A DNA stretch of 64,000 bases from Marsupella aquatica. Its lineage: Eukaryota; Plantae; Marchantiophyta. The stretch lies in NCBI GenBank assembly GCA_973895155.1, contig OZ316895.1, positions 15,072,816 to 15,136,815 on the forward strand, written 5' to 3'. The position numbers and the translations under genes are program-made. The notes beneath the pieces are model-generated. The model did not search any database, was not told the DNA's origin, and was given only the letters and a program-made list of their open reading frames with translations. Each line of letters begins with the position of its first letter. Positions within the stretch are counted from its first letter, which is position 1. Positions 13,591 to 28,000 of the stretch are shown here, in pieces.

Positions 13591-15649
13591 ATATCACCTT
13601 AATTCAATGGCAGGGGAACTTCTTGCCAAAATGAAATTTAATGAATAAACTATAAGAAAGAAAGAGCAAGAATGCATATTAAAGTGTCTACATATTCTCT
13701 CATTTATTTGGTGTGTTTTCTAGTGACTTAAATTGGCCAGCTTCTACCTCCTTTTCACTGTTTTTATGGGTGTCATTCTCATACTAGTTGAAGCCTCCGA
13801 TCTCCAGGTTTGCTTTGATCCAATCTCCAAACCTGGATCTTAGGGGGTCCAGATCTCCAAACCTCGATCGAGGCAAGATGTAAGAAAACAATCATTTTTT
13901 AACCCCTATAAAGTTGGAAAATTCAAAAAATATTTCAAAATTTATTTAAAAGACCCTAATGTTCTTCTACCAAAATTTTTAAGTTTTTCCTTAGAACCAA
14001 TCAAAGTACCCTATCCTTAGTTGCAAGTGATGTGTCATTTTTGTGAAAATAAAATCCCCAAGGATCAAACTTAAGATTTGTTTTTGGGACACTAGAATAA
14101 GGCCAATGATTGGGAGCATCATTTTCCAGATCCACACTCCATATATGTCATGCCACATGTCACATAATCTATGAGCCAGAATCTGGTGGCTCTCCTTAAA
14201 TCTAGGGAGATATAAGGGTCTACAATTAATCTAGGGACTTTAGAGAAAGTCACTCTATCATGGTGGGGCAGCTGCAAATGAGGTGTCTGAGTGCTTTGAT
14301 TGCATTCATTGGGTACATGAACACTGCCATCAAGGATGTCATTCTGTCACGTTACCTAGAATTTCACTTGAGATGAGCGTCCCTACAATGTTCATATGAA
14401 TGGAAGAAATACACTTAGTGAACCTCCAAATTAAACTTTCTTACTTAACCAACCAAAAGATTAATATTTTGTCCCGGTGGACCTTTAGGCCAACAGAGTT
14501 ACCATTGTAATTTTGCGGTCCTTATAACGCTAGAAAGTCACTGTAAAATGCTGGATGTTCTACGGTTGTTGAGTGTTTGATTGCGTTGCCAAATGCGCTT
14601 GACTACAACTGCAATGTCGATTGAACCGTTTGTCGTGCGGCAGCAGCATGATACGGAGCATTGCACTTAGAACTTGTATACATTGACAAGAATGTATACA
14701 CATAGTTAGAGGAGTATGGTTTAGTACAAACCGCAACATAGGCACATAAAATCATGGATACGCACATATCTTGAATAGAAATAGAAATCAATACACCATA
14801 TACAATGTACTTATTCAGTCTAAGACTTGCCAAATTGTAAACATAAACATGGATTGGCCCAAAAATATTTTCTGGCCTCTCCTTTGTTGCCCGCTTTGTT
14901 GTAGTTGGCACATCTTAAAGGGTAGCCTTAGCAAGAACACAAGCTTGAACTCAAGCAGTAACAACAAGAACAAGCAACACAAGAAAATGTCAAGAAATCA
15001 TGAACTTTTAAAACACAATGAGAACAAACCAGGTTCCCAACAAGTTTTATAAAAGGTGGCACATTTGAATTTTAAAAATTGCTTTGACTTTTTTATTCCA
15101 TATTCACATTGTTTTCAAAAACTAAGTGAGGTTGGGACACTAGGATGCTTGTGTGCTTCAATGCAACCTGCCATGAACTCTTTCCTTTGTAGTTTGAATA
15201 CAACAGCCACAATGTATTTAATCAAGCTGGGAGACTATGCTGCGTGCGGCATTGGTGCTCTAAAATGGCCATATGATCCTTCATTTGAATGTACCTTAAA
15301 TACATTAGTCAGAATGTATTCAACCAAGCTGGGAGGCCGCCTTCCCAAAAATTCAAATGCAACAAACTAATGACTCGAAGGAAATTGTTCTCTTCCATCC
15401 AAAGGACGGACATATATGGTGAACAGTCTGTGACCAAACATACATAATCACATAGACCCAACAATAAGAATGAGATAATGGCTCCAGTCTGGGGTTACTA
15501 CTGAACTTTGTAAGTGACCACATTTGACTCAATGATAAGAGATAATGGCTCTTGTGACAGCCAGGTATATATCAAAGTGCCCAAAAACAGGGAGACATTG
15601 TTTCCAAAATTGGGCATTAAATTTACAATGTTCCCCCATTTTCCTGGCA

Positions 15650-15897
15650 CACTGTACACTGCCCAACCCAGTCCCCAATGCTCAACCCAGTCCCCAATGC
15701 TCAACCCAGTCCCCAATGCTCATGCCCACTCTAGCCTGAGTTTGTCCAAACATAAACCAGTACACTGCCCAACCCAGTCCCCAATGCTGCTGCCCACTCT
15801 AGCCTGAGTTTGCCCAAACATAAACCAGTACACTGCCCAACCCAGTCCCCAATGCTGCTGCCCACTCTAGCCTGAGTTTAACCAAACATAAACCAAG
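15650..15897. repeat. 68-bp tandem repeat (about 3 copies) with internal 19-bp subrepeat
   Basis: cccaacccagtccccaatgctgctgcccactctagcctgagtttg.ccaaacataaaccagtacactg repeated. Confidence 0.85.
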
Positions 15898-15929
15898 ACT
15901 CTCATTTTGTCACCCGCTTCAGGCCAATC

Positions 15930-16017
15930 AACTTTGTGCCATTGACTTCTAGTTAACTTTGTGCCATTGACTTCTAGTTAACTTTGTGCCATTGACTTCT
16001 AGTTAACTTTGTGCCAT
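15930..16017. repeat. 25-bp tandem repeat (about 3.5 copies)
   Basis: aactttgtgccattgacttctagtt repeated head-to-tail. Confidence 0.9.
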
Positions 16018-16633
16018 CAACTTCATGTTTTGGCACTAGTACCTGTTTTGAGCCAAAAATTGACCCCTGTGATCATTGGATTAGACTATGACAAGGCTAA
16101 ACTTTGCCCAAAACGACCAAAAGTGCCCAAAACACTTCATATGCACTAATTGTACATGACTGTCAGTAAGTATACTTAAAGCCACGGGTTCCCCTTTATT
16201 GAAATCGAGGCAGGTGTCGTTCAAACGAAGAGCAGTAATCAGTAACCTACAGCCTTTTTATCATGCAGAATCCCAAATGTATACCAAGACCAGACTATGT
16301 GACATTGGGACCAATCTTAAAGTCATGACAGTTTTGCCCTCTGAAACCTGCACATACATCAGGCAGGCAAGAGAGAAAGCCTCAGGCCCACTCCATCTGG
16401 CTCAACCGTATTCAAAAAATTATCTGATGGAGTCCCACATGAGAGATTTGGGGCTTGAAAATTAAACTACATTTAAAATGAGAAGAAAGCTTTGGTCAAG
16501 GTTGCAAACACAATTACGATGCTCGTCATTCCCCACAATATGCACAAGATGTTGCTCCCAGACAATTCCAACGACTAGTAGGGCCGAAATGCACCCCTTA
16601 AATACAACCTAATGAATGTAACTTAGCCGGTCC

Positions 16634-19600
16634 TCAGCTAGAACTTAAGTGACTAGGTGCTTGCTGGAACATGACCCGCCACATAAATGCTCTTGATAAC
16701 ACCATCTCCAGCTCTTGGTGTGTCCAACTTTTGGTGGGCAAATGTTGTATGAACAATACCATCTCTTGAAAATCCAACTGTTGAATTTGATCCGTCCACT
16801 GCAATTGGGTCCAAACGATGAACTTTAATTACATTTTGACATGGTTGCCGAAAAGCTTGAAACAAAGGTCTGGTCAGTCCAACAATTACACCATTTTACA
16901 TCCAAAGGGAGGGGTATACATGAGTAGTTCCCGTTCTATAAAAGTTCAAATGAGACCACAAGGAAGCCAGAACAAGAAAACGCATTGGCAACACCTCCTC
17001 GATTGAAAAGAGAATACTTTTGTCTCTCCAAACTCCTGACATCTCTCCTCGCAAAACTTCAAATTACACGGAACTCTCATCTCAGTGATCATACTCACCA
17101 AAGACCTAAGACACACAAGCAGCTGCCCAGAGAGGCATGACTTTGTGATAGCTCGCGTGAGTAGAGACTGATAGGTCTTGGGTTCAACTATTGTGGCTGA
17201 CTCTTCCCTTTCTGTGGGGTTTCACGGATTTCCCCTTTAAACAGAAAAGAAAAAGAAAAAAAAGACACACAAGCATCTATTTCTTTGCACGGAATGCTTC
17301 ACAATGCCATATAATCCCCGAGATGGATGGTAAGGTTTACAATTAACGCGTCACTGTTTAGCTAATCTCTACCATCTAATTAAATCGTCTTTCACTTTCC
17401 AAAATGACATGATTCCTAAGGGTTATAAAAAAAATTAACCTCGTCCTAGGACATTCTGATGATGGCCAACACCAATGCAAGATTTCCAAACCACCATGCC
17501 TACCGAACGACTCATTGTACTCCCAAACAAAACCGAAACTATGGGTTGATACTCCGCCAGCCTTCAGAAGCGACTCACCGTTAGCAAGAAGCTTGCAGAT
17601 ACATACACAAGGTACTCAGGAAAGGCGTCTCCCTCAGACAAATAAGTGTCCCACAACCTTCCCACCAGAGAAAATGGGACCTGCACACGCATATCCAACA
17701 TGTCAAGCAATACTGGACAGAGCACACTCTTTTGACTTAAAGGTAGTAGAACTGTGTACAAAAGATCCAAATTATCAAGTCACATGCACTGAAGCAGAAG
17801 AGTTGAAATGCTCTTCCACAATCTTCACTAACTCCCCTCAGCTGGATGCCTTGTATACATTGAAGCCGACGTTTATTGTTTTTAGGAGTACTGTAAATTG
17901 TTTGCTGCCAGAGAGTTCAATTAGCATATCATATAAATGTGATTAAGAGGAGACCTGGAAACGTAGTATTTCTTCTAGGGCATCACAGAATATAGACAGA
18001 AGATAGACTGTCTTCTGCTTCACCACTGCTTCAGTTGTTCCCCGCCTTATTGCCAAGCAGCTATACCATGTTAACTTATTTCAGAAAAGAAAAGGAAAAA
18101 AATTGGCTCGTTCGGCATGACTGGTGTGGACGTCCAAAGTCTTGTCAGCTGCAGCAACAGAGGGTGCCTGCTCGAACTGACCAAGTATATGGGAGGTTTA
18201 CGAGGAGAGGGAGGGGAATCCAAGCACAGTAGTGAGGGTGTTGATTGGGAAAGTTCATTCAATCGCTGTTATTAAGTAGACACCTAAAACCAACAAGGGT
18301 CAGAATGAACAGGACGAATGAAAAATCCTATGAGAGTTTCAGCGGGGTAAATAGGTTTTCCACATGATAAACCGTCAGTGAGTGTTTGGGGGCTAGCCAA
18401 GGAAATCAAGAGCCAGCTCAACAGTGACATAGGAGGTCAGGAAATAGAGAAAGCACATTCTTATTGCAAGCCCAACCACAGGTTGGACTAATTCCCAACT
18501 TTAAGGACTGTCAATACACATTGTCTGTCTTAGAGCTAAGTTCATTAGTATGCATTAATATACGGCGTTCTAAATCAGGGATAAAGGTAACAATGGTCAT
18601 GAGTTGAAGATGAAACTGGCGTTTTCTTTTCCTGACGGGCAAGGTGAGAAGCTAAAGACTTCAGATGTCATGAGTAGTCTTACCTAGCGAAAGAAGTGAA
18701 TGACATCAGTATTATCGCACTACAACGCCATGGAGAACGCATGGAGAGAAACCAACCTAGTGCCACCATGTCTTTCGTTCAAAGTTAAGAGAACTAGTGG
18801 TATTCATCACACTGATGAACATGGCACACTGTTACAGGCTCTAAGTAAGATATTTGATGAAAAGCTCTTCAGCTGTTGGTCTCTACGAATTCTTAGTACG
18901 ATAAGGTAGTTGACACCTGTAAAAGCATAAGAACTCAGGTTGTGTGGAGGCACGGGAGTAATAGTTTTGTGCACAGATCAACAGAAATGTTGTTGCCCAG
19001 CAACTATTGCCAGGTAATTGAGCATCCATTATTTGAGACGAGTAAATTTTTTCCTTGTTAACGCGATGACAGGTCTCTAATAAATATTTTTTTCTTAAAC
19101 GCAAGTTCAACGATTACAAACCTGAAAAACAACTTCAAAACTAAAAGACTACACCAGAATAAGCGCTTGGTAAAAGAAGCAGGGTACACGAAGTAGAATT
19201 ATACCTCACGAATTAGAAGACAGTTGAACCACCGGAAACCGAATTGCAAAAATTCTAATCCTTGCTCTTCTATGTGTGAGGACACTGGCTCTGCACATCC
19301 AAAAGCAAAATTAGCTCTAGGAACCACTAAAATGGGTTTAGAATTCTTGCGAGTAAGAAATTGATTCAGAATTTTCTTTCACAAGTGGTGCAGTGGTACC
19401 GGAGCTCCCTCCAAGGCAACCTTCCAGGACTCGAAGTGCAGTGTACCACAAAGCTAAGGGCCCCTAGGGTGATGCCCCTTTGTATCCCACGACCATGTGG
19501 CTGGTTGAGTGAGAATACAGCTTGCGTCCTTATCCGTTGGAGAGTAGCTCTCTACTTCCCATAACATTTACGGAATCCACTAAAAAAAGGGGATGACAGG

Positions 19601-22600
19601 TCGGATATCCCAAGGCTGCTACTACAAGAGGCTTGACATTGAGAACATCCATTCAGTCCTCTCCAGGTTCATGCAGAGAATTTCAGGGAAGCGAAGGAAG
19701 GATGAGTGCAGAAATTCCAAGTTCTGGAGAATAATGCATGTCCGCGCTTGAAGAAATTTAGTAAGTTTAAGACACCCCGAAATGGCTTCTTAGGTTCACT
19801 GTTACAAGAGCTTTGACAAACCGGCTGCACAAAGGTCCTCGTGCCAAACGGTGGTCATCCAGAAGAGCCTCTTTGGCCAGCAAAATAGAAAATCTGTGCA
19901 GAACTGCTAGTCTGTCTCCGAACTACCGTCTAATATCCTGAGCATATACATAAAACTGAGGGCGAAGGAATAAAGAGGAAGACCATCGATGCGCCGCACC
20001 AGCTCCTTCAACTTGAAAACTAGGCGCTGAATGCCAGGCTGTGCAAACGTATAGTGGTCTTGTACCCCATCAAGAAGCTTTGACAAACACCAATAGCAAT
20101 CACCCTCGTACTTGTTGATAATGTCTGTGGTCAGTTGTGTCAAATCCCAATTCTCCATATCCCCTTCCATGTACTCGGACAGGAAGACCACTAGAAAGGG
20201 TGTTGCCAGGTCATTAATTCCTTGCACATATCCACTGGCTGGATGCCGAATAGCCCTGCAACAATTAGAGCCTGGAATACCTTTAGAGTCTTCAAGTGAA
20301 AACGATGTCCGGCTTCGTAAGTTACAACAATATCAGAGCTAAAATGAAATTTCGGTAATAAATTCTGACCGGCATTCCCTCAGCGTATTCATGTACTGCA
20401 TTCTCAACTCCAAAGTATGCAACTTTCACCATCAACGGACAAATTGAACTTTCACATCCACGTAACCGTCAATATCATTCCATTGTGGAGGATTGACAAT
20501 TATCGTGTCACAACACTTCAAAAAGTACGCTACATAAACTATTAAGTTGTTGACCACCACAGAACTAAACACAATACCCCGATTCCAATCCAAATGATAT
20601 CATTTTCATACCAGATGTACAATACCCGTATCAACGATAACTGCATTTGAGGATGTTGGAAAAAAGGTACTTCAGGTACGGTTCTGGGAGCATCTACTGA
20701 GATCTACAAAACAAATGTAGGACAAGTTAATATCATAAAAACAGGATCCATGAATGGCAATGAGTTCCAAGGAACTCGAAGATCGGCAACCAAAAATCAT
20801 CATAAACGCAAAGCATAATCCAAATTGCAATGAAGTACCTGCCGCAACATTGTGCGTTCATCTTCACTTCGGTCAGCATCAGATATGTCATAATATTGAG
20901 GTATACAATCGATATATTCTTGACGTTTCCTTGCCAGAACAGCTTCTCTTCTATCCGCATTTGTTGGTGCATAGCCCTACAAAAGTAAAATAATTTGAGT
21001 AGTTAGGAACACCACCTTCCCTTAGAACTTAACCTCTTGTGTTTCTTTCACGACTCTCCATCTCTATGTTCTGTTCAAGTGACATGACCGGGAACATTAA
21101 CCATCCAAGCGGGAGCTATAACCAATCATGCACTGGCTGACACTATGCCTCAAATGCCCATTGTACAGAAAAATACCACAAATTCCGACACAGAGGAATA
21201 ATTACCAGCAGAAGACGCCAAACTATGGGTCGCATGTCGGGGGGTACACCACTCCAAGCGAGTTCTCGCAGTGCATCTGTGATCCCATTAATCAAAACAG
21301 TGAACTTCCATGAACAACAAATCCACGACTTCAATGATATCATTGCTCCCCTCCCCTCCCATGCCCGCCCCCCACCCCATCCCATTACACCAAATCAAAA
21401 TCCTGGGCATTAAAGGCAAGGACGAAAGTTCATGGGCCAAGCTCCCTTCTCACTCACTGTGAGAGGAGTGTGTGAGTGTTACCGTTGCTCCGATAAGCTT
21501 TCCTCACAACTTATCAGATTCCATCCAACAGATGGAGAATGGTACCAAAGAAACAACTGCAACATTGAAAGAAAATCAAACTCTGTGGACGCAGAATGTA
21601 CACCATACCTAGATTTACAGATGGAGCTGAAAGTTCCCTCTTGAATCTGGCAACTCGTGCACTATCTGTCGCACGGCCTCCTGTCGATGGCCTTGAGGAC
21701 TCCGTCGAGCTCCCTTTGCTACCAGAATTTCCAAAAGGGCTCGGTGATACCCCTACACTACCTGCTACTCCATCACTTCCATCATTTCCATTCACCGGAT
21801 ATGCGTCTGTCTGCATTTTCCATTATGCACCATTCAGCACCATAAATGATGGCACCACAAATTCAATCAGCTCCAAAGCACAATCTAAAATGAGCTCGCT
21901 GAGAAGACCAATGTGCAAAATGCGTAGAAATTGAACCAAATTATATGACCCTTTCACTGTTGGAACAACCGAATCAGAACGCCCAAAACATCCACTCGTG
22001 ATAAAATTTAGGACTAGTTGCAAATTCCCAGATCCCCCAGCATTATTTTTCAAGACTCCAATGCCAATTTTACTAGTTTTTTGCAGGAATTCGTCCATCA
22101 CTCTTCGTGATGATGCATTTCACACTCCGAGAAATCCCAGCTCCAACCGGAAAGAATAATCTCTCGAGACCCTTAAATCAAGGACATGCAAGGCCACCGT
22201 GCGTACATTAGAGGTCGATGCACTGGCACCACCACTATTATTTGGACTGGGAGTTCTGTCATCGTCTAAATCTTTGTTGTCAGAGCTGACAGACGACCCC
22301 GTCGTGCCTGGTGGTGTCGAGTCGTTTCCCTTGCGACTCAAAAGAATCTTGCCAGGAACCCTCAGTAAGCTGCGTAATCAATCCGGGGCAGAATAGCACA
22401 ATTAGTAAGGATGGCATGCATCAAACAGCCTTATGAACCGCCTCGTGCACATTGGGGTGTTGGAGAGACATAAACGAGCCTGGGCCAGATACTCGAAGAC
22501 CTTAGGAGAATCAACACGGAGCAGCTCTCGACGACACCTCAGAAGCAAGCAATGTCATGAGATTAGATTGCTAAAAATGCTCAGAGATCTAACAAACACA

Positions 22601-22723
22601 TATTGGCCTTTGTCTGCTCGTTCTTACTTACCCTTGTACACTCTTCAAGGTTTGGTTCAGACGACGATCCAAATTGTTGAGGCTGCCCTCAGGTTTCCTT
22701 TCGTTCTCATTCCCTGGTTTCAT
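16634..22723 (-). CDS. GYP1: TBC-domain Rab GTPase-activating protein, GYP1/TBC1D22 type, about 10 exons
   Basis: Exons at about 22723-22632 (MKPG..LDRRLNQTLKSVQG), 22369-22207 (LLRVPGKILLSR), 21810-21609, ~21275-21205 (LRELAWSGVPPDMRPIVWRLLL), ~20976-20840, ~20704-20613 (ISVDAPRT, IxxDxxR arginine finger), ~20256-19984 (GYVQGINDL, glutamine finger), ~19291-19206 (FRWFNCLLIRE), ~17680-17579 (RLWDTYLSE) and 16798-16634 (ELEMVLSRAFMW..*); GT-AG boundaries. Confidence 0.92.
17122..17261 (+). mobile_element. tRNA-derived SINE in the last intron of the TBC gene
   Basis: 14-bp TSD aagacacacaagca (17108-17121 / 17262-17275), A-box-like tagctcgcgtgagtag, B-box-like gggttcaact, A-rich tail. Confidence 0.8.
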
Positions 22724-23789
22724 CTCGCTGCCGGAAGTCAAGTCCAGCCCGCCCCACGCCACTCGAGTCTCTCCGGCGTACCTCTCAACTCATCTCTCAC
22801 TCTCACTGGGAAGAAGCAGCAAGCCCCTTCTACGGAGATCCATCGGGCAGAAAAGGAACTCCCACTCTTACTAGACTGATCAATTTACATAGGTTTGACT
22901 GCTCAAAGCAAGCATCCTCGTATTCCGCAGAACCAGAACACCTCGAATGAAATTGAAGATTGATTCCTGCTCCACCCAAGCCGAGCCGAGCCGAGCCGAT
23001 CCCACCTTGAATGCCTCTAAACTTGTCGAAAACTCCGTCATATGTATTTCCCGCGTCCCGATCGCGTGATGGCTGGCTGGCTGGATGGCCCCGGGGTGCT
23101 GACAACAGAGTGGAAAGGAAATGCTGCTCCGATTTCTTGCCTTGAACGAAATTCCGCTGCAGCTCCTACTGCAGAAGAAAGCTTACCGTCCTCCTTTGAG
23201 AGAAAGAGAGATGACACGCTCGCACTGAAGCTTGCTACCACTCTTTTGTACATGCTACGAGCTTTGCTGTTGCTACCTATGGTCCTCCGCTCCGCTGCTT
23301 CCTTGCTTCCTTGCTGTGCAGCTGTCTCTGCTGGTTTTCTTCTCCGCTGGAATTTTGCAGATGGGATTGTAATTACGCACTGCCCTCGTCTGTCATCACT
23401 CATCACTCATCACTCCGCCGATCGTGTGTTCTTCTTTTTACTCGAAGGAAAGCAATGAATGCTCCAACTCACTTCCTAGCTGGACAAAGAAACAAACGTT
23501 CCTGTTTCTAGTAGAGGTTTTAATTTGGGGATTGTGGAAATAAGGATAGGTGGTGTAGCGATTTTGTGAGTGTTATATCTACTTTCTCGTTCAAGTTAAT
23601 GCGCACTTAATGCTTTCTATACACCATAACATAAACCAATACACTATGTTTGTGATCTACAAAATGAGCATGTGTCTTGGTTTATGTTCTGGTTGTAGGG
23701 TTGTGTCGTAGATTTAATGTGCAGTGCTCTGGCAAGAGGTTTTAGATTTAGTACTTATATCAACACAACTTGAGAGGTTTTGAACTTGA
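22521..23789. repeat. Left arm of 1269-bp inverted duplication (partner 36145-37413)
   Basis: Reverse-complement match with constant coordinate sum (59934) at both ends; about 10 substitutions found by eye; the same ORFs appear mirrored in the ORF track. Confidence 0.97.
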
Positions 23790-23906
23790 TGAGAGAAGAT
23801 AGCCGTCCAACAAAAGAGCCAACAACCAGACTCTCACAAGTGGCCTACTCAAGAGCACCCATTGTAACTTGGTTGATGAAAGTGGAATTATAAGGAGTGA
23901 AAATTG

Positions 23907-24277
23907 AAGGACTCAAAGTGACCTTTGACTTCGTCTCAATCGTAACCAGAAACGTTTAGCTTGCCCAAGGAAGCCCCTACTTTTAAGTCTTTGTGACACC
24001 GGCTGGTTGGGCCTGTGGGAAACTGGCTATGGAAGACACAAAAACTTGGCAAATTTTAGCCAATAGAGACTAAAACTTTTCAAAGAAGTGGAATCCAGCA
24101 AACTTTTGTCACAAAAACAAATGCTGGCCATAATTTTTTAAGTTCCAAACTTCCAAATGAAGAAAATGATGTTCCTATGGACCGAGCCTGTGGCCTATGC
24201 AACCCCCATGGACCTTGACTCCTTTTGCAACCTCACTCATTGGCACCCTTCTCAATCCAACAAGTTTTCAACAGCAA
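23907..24277. repeat. Second inverted block (partner 35385-35755), about 94% identical
   Basis: Manual alignment gives about 22 differences in 371 bp; distantly related sequence also at about 45040-45180 and 48780-48920. Confidence 0.9.
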
Positions 24278-25079
24278 TACAGAAAGGTATATTTGTGAGG
24301 AAAGTATGCAGCTAAGTTGAAAGTTTGGCCAATAATTAACAAAGTACATATAAAATACATACATAAAGAGTGTCCTGTCATATAGCAGTCTCAAAAAAAT
24401 CAAGTGCAAAATAATGCAACCATTTACTTAACACATCTGGAAGCCGTGAAATGGTTCAGCCCTTGTGACCAACCCCTTCGGTCACGGGCCTGGTTTGATG
24501 TTGCCCCAATCCACACAAACATTTGATGTGTTGAGCATCGACGACAATCGCAACGGCAAGCCCATGAACCATCCAACGCACAAGAGTCGACACAGAGAGA
24601 TACGTGGTTCACCTCCACATGAGGCTACGTCCACGGGAACACACAAGAGCTTTACTGCACTCTAGGCCGACCGGCCATACCAAGCATCCACAGCACAAGC
24701 TCTCTCTATCTCTCAACTAGCTCCGTAAGAATGAGCCTGAGTTCCACCTCTCCAAGCAAACACCGCTTGGTTATAGAGTGTGCACAACATGACTAACCTA
24801 ACCAAGTCTGCAACTAAGGTTAGCCTTAACTACGGTACAGTCGTAACTCTAGACCTAAGAGTAAATCCTAACAATCTCCCCCTTGACTCTGGTCTAGGGG
24901 AGGGTAAAGACTGCAACAACCTATATGATTGCTCAGCGGGAAGTTCTGGAAAGAAAAACCAAACCGGTTTTTCCCTCTTTATACGAGAGTAGACCAGAAC
25001 TAAGCCGTAGCCTATACAAGGAATGAGCAAGAGCATATCTCAGTACCTACACAAATGTTAAGTAACCCTACTTGTGAGG

Positions 25080-28000
25080 CAATTGCAAAACCTGCAACGC
25101 ATCACGATGTCTAGAAAAACTCTCCAAAGGAATCACTTTGGTAAAAGCGTCAGCCGGGTTGAGTTTACCGTCAATCTTGACTAGCTTAAACTAATTATCA
25201 GACACAGCCTGCCTGAGAAAATGGTACCTGACATCGATGTGCTTCACTCTGTTATCCATTACCTGGTTCACAGCAAGATGGAGCGCACTCTGACTATCAC
25301 AATAGAGCTTCACATTCCCCTGTGGCAATCCCATCTCAATGATCAGTCTATCCAACCAAATCGCTTCCTTTGCTGCTTCCGTTGCTGCAACATACTCCGC
25401 TTCTGTAGTAGACTGAGCAATACACTTTTGCAGAGTAGACCTCTAACTTATGCATCCACCTCCTAGTGTGAACACATAACTTGTTGTTGACCTCCTCCGA
25501 TCCAGATCCTGTGCATAGTCAGCATCTATATAGCCCATCAATGATCTAGCATTATCAGCATGTGCATCAAACAATAGACCATGATCCACGGTACCCTTCA
25601 AGTACCGAATAATCCACTTCACTGCTTCCCAGTGTACCTTCCCTGGATTTGACATGTACCTGCTCACCTTGCCCATAGCCATGGCAAGATCGGGTCTAGT
25701 GCAGGTCATCAAATACATGAGACTCCCCATTGCCTTGTCATAAGGAACCTTTGACATCAGCCCCTTCTCTGTCTCATCCGTAGGACAAAATGCTGATGAC
25801 AACTTGAAGTGTGGAGCCAACGGGGTACTTATTGGCTTGCTATCCCCCATGTTGAACCTTGCAATTACCTTCCTCGCATAACTGCTCTGCGTCAACCATG
25901 GCTTGTCAGCCTCCAAGTCCCTAGTGATTTCCATACCCAAAATCCTCTTAGTTGACCCTATCTTAAACTCTGCACTTAGCAGTGCCTTGAGCTTAACAAT
26001 CTCAGACCTGTCCTTGGCCGCAATAAACATGTCATCCACATAAAGTACTAAAACAATGAACCCAAAGACAACATTTTTCACCGGTTTAAGATACACACAT
26101 GGGTCAAACACACTCTTGTGAAAGCCTTGTGCACGAATCCAATCATCAAACCGCTTATTCCACTATCTTGGTGACTGCTTCAACCCGTACAAGGATCTCA
26201 GCAATCTGCAAACCAAATCCCCTTGCCCTCTCTTCACAAAACCTAGCGGTTGTCTCATGAAGATCACCTCTTCCAAGGTGCCATAGAGGAAGGCTATGAC
26301 AACATCCATCTGATCTAGCAGCAGACCAAACATTACAACAAGCACACACAATAGCCGTATTGTTGAATACTTAGCAACTGGTGAGAAGACCTCATTATAA
26401 TCCACACATTTTTCCTGTGTGAATCCTTTGGCTACCAACCTAGCCTTGTAGACCTTCGATCCACCTCCTATGGACTGATCCTTTAGCTTGTATATCCACT
26501 TGCTATCCACCACTTGCTGTCCCTCAGGTAGCTTGACAAGCTCCTAAGTTTTGTTGTCCTTCAGTGACTGCATCTCCGTTTGCATTGCTACAGTCCACTC
26601 CTGCTTCTCCTTGGAAGCACTTGCCTCATGAAATGAAGAAGGTTCCCCTTCTTCTAGTATCAACGCATCACCCTCATCTTCAGTAACAAAATCCTCCTCT
26701 TGCAACTGAGATGAATCAACCCACTGTCCATACCTTGGTGGAGGGCGTACAGTGCGACCAGATGTTCTTCTAGCCGATGAATCCGTTGATCAGCGTTAGC
26801 TGGTACAATTTGAAGCTCAACAGCATCCACTTGCTGCTCACCAGCATCAACAAACTCCTCTGGTTCCTCTGGCACAGGAACCAGCTCCATAATTGGAGCA
26901 ACTCCTTCTCTCCGGTCATGCACCTCATGATCAATCTCCCCCTCAATGAGATCCGGGATAGGAGATTTTCCTTTGTCAGTACGGGAAACCTGAGTATTCT
27001 CCCCCTCCTTCAATAATCTGGATTCATTGAAGAAAACATCTCTACTGACAACGAGCTTACAGGCAATAGGATCCCATAGCCTATAGGCTTTCACACCACT
27101 CTGGTACCCAAGAAAAACACATTTCTTGGAGGTAGGATCCAACTTGGTCCTATTCTGCTTCGGTGTGAGAGCATATGCATCGCTTCCAAAAACTACCAAG
27201 CCATGATAGTTTGCTTGCCGCTTATAGCGCATCTCAAACGGCGTTTTGAAATTGATAACACTAGAAGGAGAAAGATTTACCAAATAAGCTACGGTATTAA
27301 CAGCTTCTACCCAAAATTCCTGTGGTAAACCTGATTGGCTCAACATACTCCGTGACCGCTCCAATAGTGTCTGATTGAGCCTCTCAGCGACACCATTCTG
27401 CTGCGGAGTATAAACTATGGTGAGATGGCGAGTTATCCCCTGTTCTGAATAGTATTCTTCAAATTCCACTGAAGTGTACTCCCCGCCGTTGTCTGACCTC
27501 AGACTCTTCACCCTTGTATCCAAACACTTGACCGTGTTACCAGTCTGATTCTCCACCTGAGCCTTCCACTTCTTAAAAATGGATAAGACATCAGACTTAT
27601 GCGTCATCAAATAAATTCACACAAATCTTGAGTAATCATCAATAAATGATACATAGTACAACTTTCCAGAGTGTGAGGGAGTCGGGGATGGACCCCACAT
27701 GTCACTATGTATGTACTCAAGAACCGCCTTGGAACGATGTGTTCCAACACCAAAAGCACGATGATGTTGCTTTCCAAGAATGCAATGCTCACAGAACTCT
27801 AATCTACAAGATTGCAAATTAGAAATGAGTCCATTCTTCCGTAAGATAGCCAAACCTTTCTCACTCATGTAGCCTAGCCGTGAATGCCACAGTTGAGTCA
27901 TCTCCTCGTGAGACTTGGTTACATTGGCCTCTCCACATACAGTATTGCCCTGCAACACATACAAATTCTTTTGTCTGCTCCCCTTCAAGATTCACTGTCT

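Noticed and set aside
15056-15560. Possible transposase fragment
   Set aside because: Looks coding-like, but I could not identify any diagnostic motif.
15930-16017. CRISPR-like look of the 25-bp repeats (also the 27-bp array at 29533-29726)
   Set aside because: Head-to-tail repeats without unique spacers, no cas genes, eukaryotic context.
19385-19590. SINE-like segment in a TBC intron (tggtgcagtgg ... A-run)
   Set aside because: No convincing B box or TSD.
23038-23458. 122-aa and 138-aa ORFs present in both inverted arms as a duplicated novel gene
   Set aside because: They lie in the TBC 5' leader/promoter and have no recognisable domain; their conservation just reflects near-identical DNA.
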